64,000 nt of DNA. Origin: Burkholderiales bacterium (GTDB taxonomy: Bacteria > Pseudomonadota > Gammaproteobacteria > Burkholderiales > SG8-39). The position numbers were made by a program, and so were the translations under genes. Below are positions 38,554 to 47,092 of this stretch, piece by piece (position 1 is the stretch's first letter; each line of letters begins with the position of its first letter). Below the pieces are notes generated by a model. The model was not told the DNA's origin and did not search any database. It worked only from the letters and a program-made list of their open reading frames with translations. The DNA lies in assembly GCA_046347635.1 (NCBI GenBank), contig JAXMFT010000001.1, positions 4,658 to 68,657 of the forward strand. Direction: 5' to 3'.

Positions 38554-40920
38554 CTACTTGATGCAGACCGCGCGCACCTGCGCGAAGTCGGTCACGCCCT
38601 GCAGCACCTTCTCGATCCCGTCCATCTTCAAGGTGCGCATGCCCTCCTCGAGGGCGGTGGCGAGCATCTCGGCCACGCGCGCGTGCTCCTGGATGTTCTT
38701 CTTGATCGCGTCGGTGCCGACCAGGAGTTCGTGCAGGCCGAGACGCCCCTTGTAGCCGGTGTTGGAGCAGGCGTCGCAGCCGGCCGCCTTGTAGAGCGTG
38801 AACTGGCCCTTGTCGTCGGCGTACGAGGTGACCAGATCGCGGTAGACGCGCTCGTAGGCGCCCTTGGCGTCCTTCTTGAACTCGGCGGTGTTGAGCAGCT
38901 CCTGGCAGTACTCCTGCAGCAGATGCTTGATCTCGTCGGGCGCAGGGTTGTAGGGCTTCCTGCACTTCGTGCACAGCCGCTTCGCCAGGCGTTGCGCGAG
39001 GATGCCCACCAGCGCGTCGGCGAAGTTGAACGGGTCCATGCCCATGTCGAGCAGGCGCACGATCGACTCCGGCGCGCTGTTCGTGTGCAGCGTTGCGAAC
39101 ACCAGGTGGCCGGTGAGCGAGGCCTCGATGCCGATCGAGGTCGTCTCCTTGTCGCGCATCTCGCCGACCATGATGATGTCCGGGTCGGCGCGCAGGAACG
39201 CCTTCATCACCGTGGCGAAGTCGAGCCCCGCCTTGCGGTTGACCTGCACCTGGCGCAGGCCCTTCTGCGTGATCTCGACCGGGTCCTCGGCGGTCCAGAT
39301 CTTCGTGTCGGGCGTGTTCAGGTAGCCGAGGACCGAGTGCAGCGTGGTCGTCTTGCCCGAGCCGGTGGGGCCGCAGCAGAAGAACAGACCGTAGGGCTTC
39401 TCGATCACCTCCTTGAGACGCGGGAGGTTGTGCGGCGTGAGGCCGAGCTTGTCGAGCGGGATCGGCTCGCCGGCGGCGAGGATCCGCATCACGATGTCCT
39501 CCACGCCCCCCTGCACGGGGATCGTTGCCACGCGCAGCTCGATGTCGAGCGGGCCGAACTTCTTGAACTTGATCTTGCCGTCCTGCGGCTTGCGCCGCTC
39601 GGAGATGTCCAGGTCGCACATGATCTTGATGCGCGCGACCAGGGCGTTGCGGTACGAGGCCGGCACCTCGATGTAGGGCACGAGCGAGCCGTCCTTGCGG
39701 AAGCGCACCTCGGTCTTGGCCTTGCCGGGGTAGGACTCGATGTGGATGTCGGAGGCGCCCTGGTGGTGGGCGTCGACGATGATCTTGTTGACCAGCTTGA
39801 CGAGTTCGTTGTCCGCCGCCGCGTTCAGGTCCTCGGCGGTGGTGGCCCCGTCCTCGGCGTCCTCCCCCAGCCCCTCGAGCAGGTCGCCGATGTCGCCGAG
39901 GTCGGTGTCGGCGCCGAAGAACTGGTTGAGCGTGTCGCGGAATTCGCGCTGGGTGGTGACGCAGTAGGTGATCTTGCTGTTCTTGGGAAAGATGTTGTTG
40001 ACGATGCGCGAACCCTTGGTGCGCTCGGGGTCGAGGCACATCACCAGCAGCCCCTTCGGGTTCTCCTCCAGCGGCACCCAGCCGTGCTCCTGGACGTACT
40101 CCCGCTTGAGGTTCTTCAGCAGGTCCATCGGCTTGACGCGGTCGGGCTTGAGCGGCTCGTAGTTCACGCCGAAGTACTTCGCGAGCGCCCCGCCGACCGA
40201 GTTGAGCTTGACGTTCATCTCGTCGACCAGCACGGTCTCGATGTCCAGCGCCTTCTTGCGCGCGGTGCGGCCGGCGTTGTCCAGCTCCGCGGCGGTGATC
40301 ACCGCGTCGGCCACCAGGAAGTCGTACTTCGACTTCGGCACCGCGAGCTTCTGGCGCTGCTTGAAGGCGATCGCGAGCGTCTTGCACAGCTCGACCACGC
40401 CCTCCTCGGCGAGCGGCCCGAACGGCGTGCCCGCCTTGTGGTTGATGAGCTGCACCACCCCGAGCAGGTCGCCCGCGGCGCCGTCGAGGATCGGGCACAC
40501 CAGCATCTGCCGGGTGCGGTAGCCGGTGCGCTTGTCCACCTCCTGCAGGAAGCGCAGGTTGGGGCTGTGGCTCTTGAGCTCCGCCTCGTCGTACACGTCC
40601 TTGAAGTTGTGCAGCTTGCGCGACATCGCGGCGAAACCGGCGAGCGAGTGCTCGGCGATCGGGAGCTTGAGGTCGCGGAACGAGTTCAGCCCCGTCTTCA
40701 CCTTCGAGACGATGGTTGCCTTGTCCTCGCCGGTCGCGTAGATGCTGAGCCGGTCGGCGTTGAACAGCGCGCAGACCTCGCCGCTCACCTCCAGCATGAT
40801 CTCGTCGATGTTGCTGGTGGCGTGGATGCGGTTGGTGACCGCCTGCAGGCTCTTCTGGAACGCGAGCCGGCTCGCCACGTCCGCGGGCGGGACCGATTGG
40901 GGGCTCAGCACTGCGCTCAT
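38554..40920 (-). CDS. GAF domain - T2SSE_N - PilB/GspE-family secretion/pilus-assembly ATPase
   Basis: ATG 40920. N-terminal GAF (..RQMLVCPILDGAAGDLLGVVQLIN). Walker A GPTGSGKTTT, Walker B DPDIIMVGEMRD, His box GHLVFATLHTN, tetracysteine CTKC..CDAC. Confidence 0.88.
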   Translation of the reverse strand: MSAVLSPQSVPPADVASRLAFQKSLQAVTNRIHATSNIDEIMLEVSGEVCALFNADRLSIYATGEDKATIVSKVKTGLNSFRDLKLPIAEHSLAGFAAMSRKLHNFKDVYDEAELKSHSPNLRFLQEVDKRTGYRTRQMLVCPILDGAAGDLLGVVQLINHKAGTPFGPLAEEGVVELCKTLAIAFKQRQKLAVPKSKYDFLVADAVITAAELDNAGRTARKKALDIETVLVDEMNVKLNSVGGALAKYFGVNYEPLKPDRVKPMDLLKNLKREYVQEHGWVPLEENPKGLLVMCLDPERTKGSRIVNNIFPKNSKITYCVTTQREFRDTLNQFFGADTDLGDIGDLLEGLGEDAEDGATTAEDLNAAADNELVKLVNKIIVDAHHQGASDIHIESYPGKAKTEVRFRKDGSLVPYIEVPASYRNALVARIKIMCDLDISERRKPQDGKIKFKKFGPLDIELRVATIPVQGGVEDIVMRILAAGEPIPLDKLGLTPHNLPRLKEVIEKPYGLFFCCGPTGSGKTTTLHSVLGYLNTPDTKIWTAEDPVEITQKGLRQVQVNRKAGLDFATVMKAFLRADPDIIMVGEMRDKETTSIGIEASLTGHLVFATLHTNSAPESIVRLLDMGMDPFNFADALVGILAQRLAKRLCTKCRKPYNPAPDEIKHLLQEYCQELLNTAEFKKDAKGAYERVYRDLVTSYADDKGQFTLYKAAGCDACSNTGYKGRLGLHELLVGTDAIKKNIQEHARVAEMLATALEEGMRTLKMDGIEKVLQGVTDFAQVRAVCIK

Positions 40921-41095
40921 GTTCGGGCGTCCTGTCGGGTCGGCCGGCGCGCCGCGCGGCGCGCGCCGGCGCCGCGCCGGGACCGGCGCGAAAATCAATG
41001 GGGGACTCTAGCCTCCCGGGCGCGCTCCCAGCAACCGCGCCGGCCCGGCGCCTGCGGCTTTTGTATCAAATCGCGGCCTGCGCGCGCGCCCCGTC

Positions 41096-42163
41096 TCAGG
41101 CGGGGCCCGCGCCGCGCAGCCCGCCCTCGAGGACGAATGCCTTCAGCCCGCGCTGGGCGAGGAGAAATGCCGCCGCGGAGCTGCGCCGGCCGCTCTGGCA
41201 GTACAGCACGTACTCGCGGGTCCGGTCGAGCACCTTCACGGCGTTGCGGATCTCCGACAGCGGGATGTTGATCGCGCCGGGCAGCTTGTCATACTGGTAC
41301 TCGGAGGGGTAGCGCACGTCGATCCACTGCCCGCCGGCGCCGACCTTGGCGCGCGCCTGGTCGAGGTTGACGCTCTGGAGCAGCGGCTTCTTGAGCAGCT
41401 CGTTGAAGTCGCCCTTCGCGAGCCGCAGCAGCGCGCCCTCCGCGAGCATGGTGACCGTGGCGTTGCGCTTGGCGTTGGCGACCAGCGCCTCCTCCCCGAA
41501 AGCGTCCCCGCTCTTCAGCTCGGCGAGCCGCATCGACACGCCCCCGACCGTGCGCTCCACCAGGCACTTGCCGGCCTCGATGACGTAGTAGTAGTCGCCG
41601 TCCTCGCCTTCCCACACGACGACCTGCCCGCGCTTCACGTTCACGCGCGTGAAGCGGCGCAGCATCTCGTTGATGTGCGCGCTCGGCAGCTGGGCGAAGA
41701 CGCCCGACTTGAGGTTGTTGATGCTGAAGAGGCCGGTGAGGATCGACCAGTTGGCCATCGTCGGCGGACCCGCCTCGGTCGCGCGCGAGCCGGTGCGCTC
41801 GGCGGCCGCGAGCTGGTCCCAGGTCACCATGATGTCGAGCAGGTCCTCGTCGATGCGCAGCAGCTCGATGTCGGTGATCGCCTTCGCCTGCGCGAACGGC
41901 GTGCGCCGCCCGAGCGGGTGGCGCGCCTCGGGCGTGCCCCCGACCACCACGTCGGAGCTGCCGTTGCCGAGGATGAGCGCGAGCTCTCCCTTCAGCAGGA
42001 ACACGAGCTGTCCCGCCACGCCCTTCACCCGGAAGGGGTCGAGGGTCTTGCTCACCGGCTCGACCACGCACAGCTCGGCGAGCTCCCCCAGCCGCTGGGA
42101 CGAGAGCGCGCTGATCGGCTCGAGCCCCTTGAGCACCGCCACGCCGATTCTCTCCGTTGACAT
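41096..42163 (-). CDS. Tandem CNB domains fused to a rhodanese domain
   Basis: ATG 42163. The second CNB is canonical (GDAFGEEAL..RNATV). The C-terminal rhodanese has an active-site loop CQSGRRS. Confidence 0.8.
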   Translation of the reverse strand: MSTERIGVAVLKGLEPISALSSQRLGELAELCVVEPVSKTLDPFRVKGVAGQLVFLLKGELALILGNGSSDVVVGGTPEARHPLGRRTPFAQAKAITDIELLRIDEDLLDIMVTWDQLAAAERTGSRATEAGPPTMANWSILTGLFSINNLKSGVFAQLPSAHINEMLRRFTRVNVKRGQVVVWEGEDGDYYYVIEAGKCLVERTVGGVSMRLAELKSGDAFGEEALVANAKRNATVTMLAEGALLRLAKGDFNELLKKPLLQSVNLDQARAKVGAGGQWIDVRYPSEYQYDKLPGAINIPLSEIRNAVKVLDRTREYVLYCQSGRRSSAAAFLLAQRGLKAFVLEGGLRGAGPA

Positions 42164-42195
42164 CGCCGCCGCTTTCCGTGTTCGCCGCGCCGCCG

Positions 42196-42966
42196 CTAGA
42201 ACTCGATGACCTGGTTGTTCTGCAGCATGCGCGGCCGGTACTGGCCGGCGTACTCCTCGAGCTCCTCCATGGTGAGCTCGATCTCGCCGGGCTTGAGGTG
42301 GGTGATGAAGATGTCGCAGCTGCGCTCGAGCTTGGCCAGCTCCTCGGCCAGCATGCTCGGGCACAGGTGCTTGGACATGACCGCGAGGTTCTTCTCGCGG
42401 TTGCAGAACGCGCACTCGATGATCAGCTGGCGCAGGTTGGCGATCTTGTTGACGATCGCCCACAGCGGGTCGTTGGTGGTGGTGTCGCCGGTGAACACCA
42501 GGCTCCCCTTGCCGCTGTCGAGCTGGTAGCCGACCGCCGGCACCACGTGGTTCGCCGGCAGCGCGGTGATGCGCCGGCCGTTGCCGAGCGCCACGGTCGC
42601 GCCGAGCTCGATCGGCTCGTAGCGCAGGAACGGCCGCTCGGGCGAGGGAATCTGGGTGAAGTCGGGCCAGATCGACCAGTTGAAGATGTGGTTCTTCAGG
42701 ATCTCGATGGTCGCGGGCAGCGCGTGCACCGTGAGCGGCGCGTCGCGCATTCCGCCGACGGTGTCCACCATGAACGGGATCGCCGCGACGTGGTCGAGGT
42801 GCGAGTGGGTGAGGAACACCCGGTCGATCGGCGTCAGCTCGGCGAGCGTGAGGTCGCACACCCCGGTGCCCGCGTCGATCAGCACGTCGCGGTCGAGCAG
42901 CATCGAGGTGGTGCGCAGGTGCCGCCCACCGATCCCGCCGCTGCAACCGAGTACGCGGAGTCTCAC
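42196..42966 (-). CDS. Class II 3',5'-cyclic-nucleotide phosphodiesterase (MBL fold)
   Basis: Class II PDE signature HSHLDHVAAIP. GTG start at 42966. Confidence 0.85.
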   Translation of the reverse strand: MRLRVLGCSGGIGGRHLRTTSMLLDRDVLIDAGTGVCDLTLAELTPIDRVFLTHSHLDHVAAIPFMVDTVGGMRDAPLTVHALPATIEILKNHIFNWSIWPDFTQIPSPERPFLRYEPIELGATVALGNGRRITALPANHVVPAVGYQLDSGKGSLVFTGDTTTNDPLWAIVNKIANLRQLIIECAFCNREKNLAVMSKHLCPSMLAEELAKLERSCDIFITHLKPGEIELTMEELEEYAGQYRPRMLQNNQVIEF

Positions 42967-42985
42967 GCGCTGTCCGGGGGTCTCG

Positions 42986-45208
42986 CTACTTCGTCTCGAA
43001 CGCGGTCACGCCGTCCCACTCCGGGCCGGGCGAGGCCTGACGGTACCGAGCGACCCGCTCGGCGTATAAGGAATAAAGTGGCGCACCCGGATATAACCTC
43101 TGGAGATTGAAGAGGATTAGTTCCGCCTGCTCCCAGCTGCCCGCGCGGTAGGCCTTGAGCGCCTGGGCCCACAGCTTAAGCTCTTCCATGCGCTCCCTGC
43201 CCACTTCGTTCTCCGCGCCGACCGGCTCGTAGATCGCCACCGGCGCGTCCTTGCCCTTGACGCGGACGCGGTCGAGCTCGCGAAAGACCATCCCCGGCAC
43301 CGCCTCGCGCGTGGCCTGCCCGACGATGATGCCCGCGCCGTACGCCTTGGTGAGGCCCTCCAGCCGGGAGGCGAGGTTCACCGCATCTCCCATCACCGTG
43401 TAGGCCTTGCGCAGCTTCGACCCCATGTCGCCCACGCTCATCGGCCCGGTGTTGAGGCCGATCCCGATGCGGATCTCCGGCCACCCGCGCGTCCGGAACG
43501 CGGGGTTGAGGCGGGCGAGCTCCGCCTGCATCGCCAGCGCGGCCGCGAGCGCGTGACGGGCGTGCTGCGGGTCGGCCACCGGCGCGCCCCAGAACGCCAT
43601 GATCGCGTCGCCCATGTACTTGTCGAGCGTTCCGCGGTGGGTGCGGATCACCAGGCTCATCGCGGTGAGGAACTCGTTCAGGAACGCCGCGAGCGCCTTG
43701 GGGTCGAACCCCTCGGCGATCGACGTGAACCCGCGGATGTCGGTGAAGAGCACGGTGAGAACCTCGTTCTTGCCCTCCATGCTGTACTGCGCCGGGTCGC
43801 GCGCCATCTCGTCCACCAGCTCCGGCGGGACGTACTGGCCGAAGAGCTCGGCGAACTGGCGCTTCGACCGCGTCTCGACGAAGTAGCCGTACGACATGTT
43901 CGCCGCGAACAGCGCGATGATCATGAGCACGCCCGCGGCGAGCGGGAGCGCGGTGTCGGCCTGGGTCCAGACGGCCACGTTGAGCGCGGCGACGAGCGCC
44001 AGCGCGGCGGCGGACGCGAGCGTCGCGCGCAGCGGCGAGAGCAGCGGCAGGACGAGCGCGAGCGTCAGCCCGAACGCGAGGAGCAGCAGCACCTCGGCGC
44101 CGACCACGTAGGCCGGGCGCTGCTTGATCGACCCGTCGAGCATGCCCGCGATCAGGTTGGCGTGGATCTCGACCCCGGGATAGGCGGTCCCGACCGGGGT
44201 CGCGCGCAGGTCCACCAGTCCGGGCGCGGACGCGCCGACGAGCACCACGCGGCCCTTGATGCGCTCGACCGGCACCCGGTCGTGGAAGAGGTCGGCGGCC
44301 GAGACGTACGGAAAGCTGCGCACCTTGCCGCGATAGGGCACGAGCGCCGCGGCGTTGGCGTCGAGCGGGATGCGGCGCGGCCCGACCTCGAGCCACTCGA
44401 GCCCGGCGTAGCCGCGCGCGAGGAAGCGGCCCTCGGGCGCGAAGCCCGCCTCGACTTTCGGCTGGCCGGCGAGCGCGCGGAAGACCGCGAGCGACAGCGG
44501 CTCGTAGTACTCCCCCTTGTACTCCGCCAGCATCGGGACGCGGCGGATGATGCCGTCCTCGTCCACGAGCGGCGTGAAGTGCCCGGCGCCGAGCGTCGCC
44601 TGCTGGAACTGCGGCAGGTTGGCGCCGTAGCCCTGGTAGCGCGCGAACGCGATCGGGCGCCCGCGGAAGACGCGCGCGTCGAGCACCGGCGCGGGCAGCG
44701 CCCCGCTCGCCTCGGACTCCGGGCTGGTGAAATAGAACCCCAGTATCACCGGGCGGTCCTTCAGCGCCGCGGCGAAGCGCCCGTCGTTGTCCAGCTGCGG
44801 CCGCAGCCGCCCGAGCGCCTCGTGGAATTCGCGCGCGTCCTTCAGTTCGCCGGCCGCGAGCCGCTCGAGCACCGGCAGCCCGCTCGAGCGGTCGGGCTCA
44901 CCGTTGACCACGTCGAACGCGACCAGCGTGGCGCCGTAGCGGTCGAAGAGGCGCGTGACGAGCGCGGCCATGACGTCGCGGCCCCACGGCCAGCGCCCGA
45001 GCCCGGGCGTGGCGAGGCTGCGCTCGTCGATGTCCAGGATCACGATGCGGTCGTCCACGCCGCCGGGCGCGGTGAGGCGCAGCCGCGTGTCGTAGAGCAC
45101 GTGGTCGAGGCGCGTGACGATCCCGAGCTCGTAGAACCGCGCCGCGTGGCCGACGAAGACCGCGAGGACCGCGAGGCCGAGCAGGATGCGACCGAGGTGC
45201 TGCCTCAC
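42986..45208 (-). CDS. CHASE2 sensor - TM - class III adenylate/guanylate cyclase
   Basis: N-terminal CHASE2 (..ILDIDERSL..GRWPWGRD..), 3 TM helices, cyclase core VLFTDIRGFTSIAE..KYMGDAIMAFWGAP. Confidence 0.88.
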   Translation of the reverse strand: MRQHLGRILLGLAVLAVFVGHAARFYELGIVTRLDHVLYDTRLRLTAPGGVDDRIVILDIDERSLATPGLGRWPWGRDVMAALVTRLFDRYGATLVAFDVVNGEPDRSSGLPVLERLAAGELKDAREFHEALGRLRPQLDNDGRFAAALKDRPVILGFYFTSPESEASGALPAPVLDARVFRGRPIAFARYQGYGANLPQFQQATLGAGHFTPLVDEDGIIRRVPMLAEYKGEYYEPLSLAVFRALAGQPKVEAGFAPEGRFLARGYAGLEWLEVGPRRIPLDANAAALVPYRGKVRSFPYVSAADLFHDRVPVERIKGRVVLVGASAPGLVDLRATPVGTAYPGVEIHANLIAGMLDGSIKQRPAYVVGAEVLLLLAFGLTLALVLPLLSPLRATLASAAALALVAALNVAVWTQADTALPLAAGVLMIIALFAANMSYGYFVETRSKRQFAELFGQYVPPELVDEMARDPAQYSMEGKNEVLTVLFTDIRGFTSIAEGFDPKALAAFLNEFLTAMSLVIRTHRGTLDKYMGDAIMAFWGAPVADPQHARHALAAALAMQAELARLNPAFRTRGWPEIRIGIGLNTGPMSVGDMGSKLRKAYTVMGDAVNLASRLEGLTKAYGAGIIVGQATREAVPGMVFRELDRVRVKGKDAPVAIYEPVGAENEVGRERMEELKLWAQALKAYRAGSWEQAELILFNLQRLYPGAPLYSLYAERVARYRQASPGPEWDGVTAFETK

Positions 45209-45311
45209 GGGGCGGGGTCCCCGCGGGCGCCGCGCAGGGCGCGTTCAGGCCGCCGATTCAACCGCGCGCTCCCGCCTGACCGCGTCGCCGCCGCACGAGC
45301 GTGCGGCCGGC

Positions 45312-46142
45312 TCAGGTCTTGTAGAAGAACTCCATCTTGACGCCCGCGAGCTCGACGATGTCGTGGTCGTTGAGCGGATGCGCCTGCGCGTCGAGGAGCC
45401 GGCCGTTGAGGATCGGGAAGTTCGCGCCCTCGACGTGGGTGATGAAGAACCCCTGCGGGCGCTTGGTGATCACGGCCACCTGGACGCCGGGCTTCCCGAG
45501 CGTGGTGAGCGCCTTGGTGATCTCCATCTCCTTGCCGGCGTTCGAGCCCGAGAGGATCTGGATCGCGGCGACCTTGCCGCCCGCGGCGAGCGGCTGGGAG
45601 GCGGACAGCGGCTGCGAAGCGCCCATGGTCGGCACGCCCTGCGAGGCCGAGACCGACCGCACCGGCTGCGAAGACGAGGTCGCCGCGGTGTGCAGCGGCT
45701 GCGAGGCGCCCATGGCCGGGGTCGGCTGCGAGGTGCCCATGGTCGGTACCGCCTGCGAGGTCGCGGGCTTCGGCGCGTCCGCCTTGGGCACCGCGCCGGG
45801 GCGCAGGACCATGGTCTTCTCGAAGTCCTGCGGCGCGGCCGACTTGCTGCTCTGGTCGCCGACGTATTTCAGCTTGTACTTGCCGAGCTCGACCACGTCG
45901 TTGTTCTGGAGGAAGTGCTTCTTGATCGGCTGCCCGTTCACCAGCGTTCCGTTCGTGGACCCGAGGTCCTCGAGGAACGAGTCGTTCAGGATCGTCACGA
46001 TCACCGCGTGCTCGCCCGACACGGCCAGGTTGTCGATCTGGATGTCGTTGTGCGGCTTGCGCCCGATGGTGGTGCGCTCCTTGGTGAGCGCGATCTCCTT
46101 GAGCACCAGACCGTCCATACTCAGTATCAGCTTTGCAGGCAT
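45312..46142 (-). CDS. FHA-domain protein (N-terminal FHA, Ser/Thr/Pro-rich repeat linker, C-terminal FHA-like domain)
   Basis: ATG 46142. TIGRKPHNDIQIDNLAVSGEHAVI..STNGTLVNG is a canonical FHA domain. The linker carries MG(T/A)SQP repeats. Confidence 0.85.
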   Translation of the reverse strand: MPAKLILSMDGLVLKEIALTKERTTIGRKPHNDIQIDNLAVSGEHAVIVTILNDSFLEDLGSTNGTLVNGQPIKKHFLQNNDVVELGKYKLKYVGDQSSKSAAPQDFEKTMVLRPGAVPKADAPKPATSQAVPTMGTSQPTPAMGASQPLHTAATSSSQPVRSVSASQGVPTMGASQPLSASQPLAAGGKVAAIQILSGSNAGKEMEITKALTTLGKPGVQVAVITKRPQGFFITHVEGANFPILNGRLLDAQAHPLNDHDIVELAGVKMEFFYKT

Positions 46143-46156
46143 GGCAGTGTCCCCGT

Positions 46157-46981
46157 CTATTTCAACCAGCTGAACAAGCGCGAGAGCCAGCCCTTCGGCG
46201 CGGCGTAGTCCCTCACCACTCGGACCAGAATCACGGACACGTTGTCGCGTCCGCCGTTGTCGTTCGCCATCTGCACCAGCTGCTGCGCGGCCAGGCGCAG
46301 GTTGGCCGACAGCGTCTGCAGCGTCATGCCGATGTCCTCGTCGCTCACCATGTCGTTCAGGCCGTCGGAGCACAGCAGGTAGACGTCGCCCGGCTGCGCC
46401 TCGAAGCAGGTGAGCTCCGGCTCGACCGTGGGATCGATGCCGAGCGCGCGCGTCACCAGGTTCTTGTTCTGCGAGAACTTGGCCTGCTCGGGCGTGATCA
46501 TGCCGCTGTCGATCTGCTCCTGCAGCAGGGAGTGGTCGCGCGTGAGCTGCTCGAACGCCTCGCCGCGCAGGCGGTAGGCGCGCGAGTCGCCGATGTGCGC
46601 GAGCATCACCTTGTTGTCGTAGAACAGCCCCGCCACCAGCGTCGTGCCCATGCCCGAGTACTGCGGCTGGCTCTGCGCGGCCTGGAAGATCGAGGTGTTC
46701 GCCTTCGCGATCTGGTCCTTCAGCAGCTTTTCCGCCCACGGCCGCCCGCTCGCGGGCTCCACGCGGTAGGGCGGCGTGTCCTCGAGCAGGTGCTGCAGCT
46801 CGGTGGTGATCACGGTGGTCGCCATCCCGCTCGCCACTTCGCCGGCGTTGTAGCCGCCCATGCCGTCGGCGAGCACCACCAGGCCCTTGGTCGCGTCGGC
46901 CGCGATCGAGTCCTCGTTGTGCGAGCGGACGATGCCCGGGTCGGTGCAGCTCGCGATCTCGAGTGCTTGGCTCAGGTTCAT
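46157..46981 (-). CDS. PP2C-family Ser/Thr protein phosphatase
   Basis: RSHNEDS, ADGMGG, CSDGL and NGGRDNVS motifs. Confidence 0.9.
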   Translation of the reverse strand: MNLSQALEIASCTDPGIVRSHNEDSIAADATKGLVVLADGMGGYNAGEVASGMATTVITTELQHLLEDTPPYRVEPASGRPWAEKLLKDQIAKANTSIFQAAQSQPQYSGMGTTLVAGLFYDNKVMLAHIGDSRAYRLRGEAFEQLTRDHSLLQEQIDSGMITPEQAKFSQNKNLVTRALGIDPTVEPELTCFEAQPGDVYLLCSDGLNDMVSDEDIGMTLQTLSANLRLAAQQLVQMANDNGGRDNVSVILVRVVRDYAAPKGWLSRLFSWLK

Positions 46982-47088
46982 GGCGCCGCAAACGGAATGG
47001 CAGCGTCCGCTCGCTCGTAATCGGGGTCGAGCGGACGCGGTCCCGGGTCGGTGCAGCTCGCGATCTCGAGTGCCTGGCTCAAGTTCAT
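46978..47088 (-). other. 36-codon upstream ORF created by duplication of the first 16 PP2C codons
   Basis: MNLSQALEIASCTDPG (identical to the PP2C N-terminus) followed by 20 unrelated codons. Its TGA overlaps the PP2C ATG (ATGA). Its ATG lies 4 nt after the kinase stop. Confidence 0.5.
47029..47088. repeat. Direct repeat of 46923-46981 (period about 107 nt)
   Basis: The last 47 nt (CCCGGGTCGGTGCAGCTCGCGATCTCGAGTGCNTGGCTCANGTTCAT) differ at only 2 positions, both synonymous in the encoded peptide. Confidence 0.9.
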
Positions 47089-47092
47089 CGCC

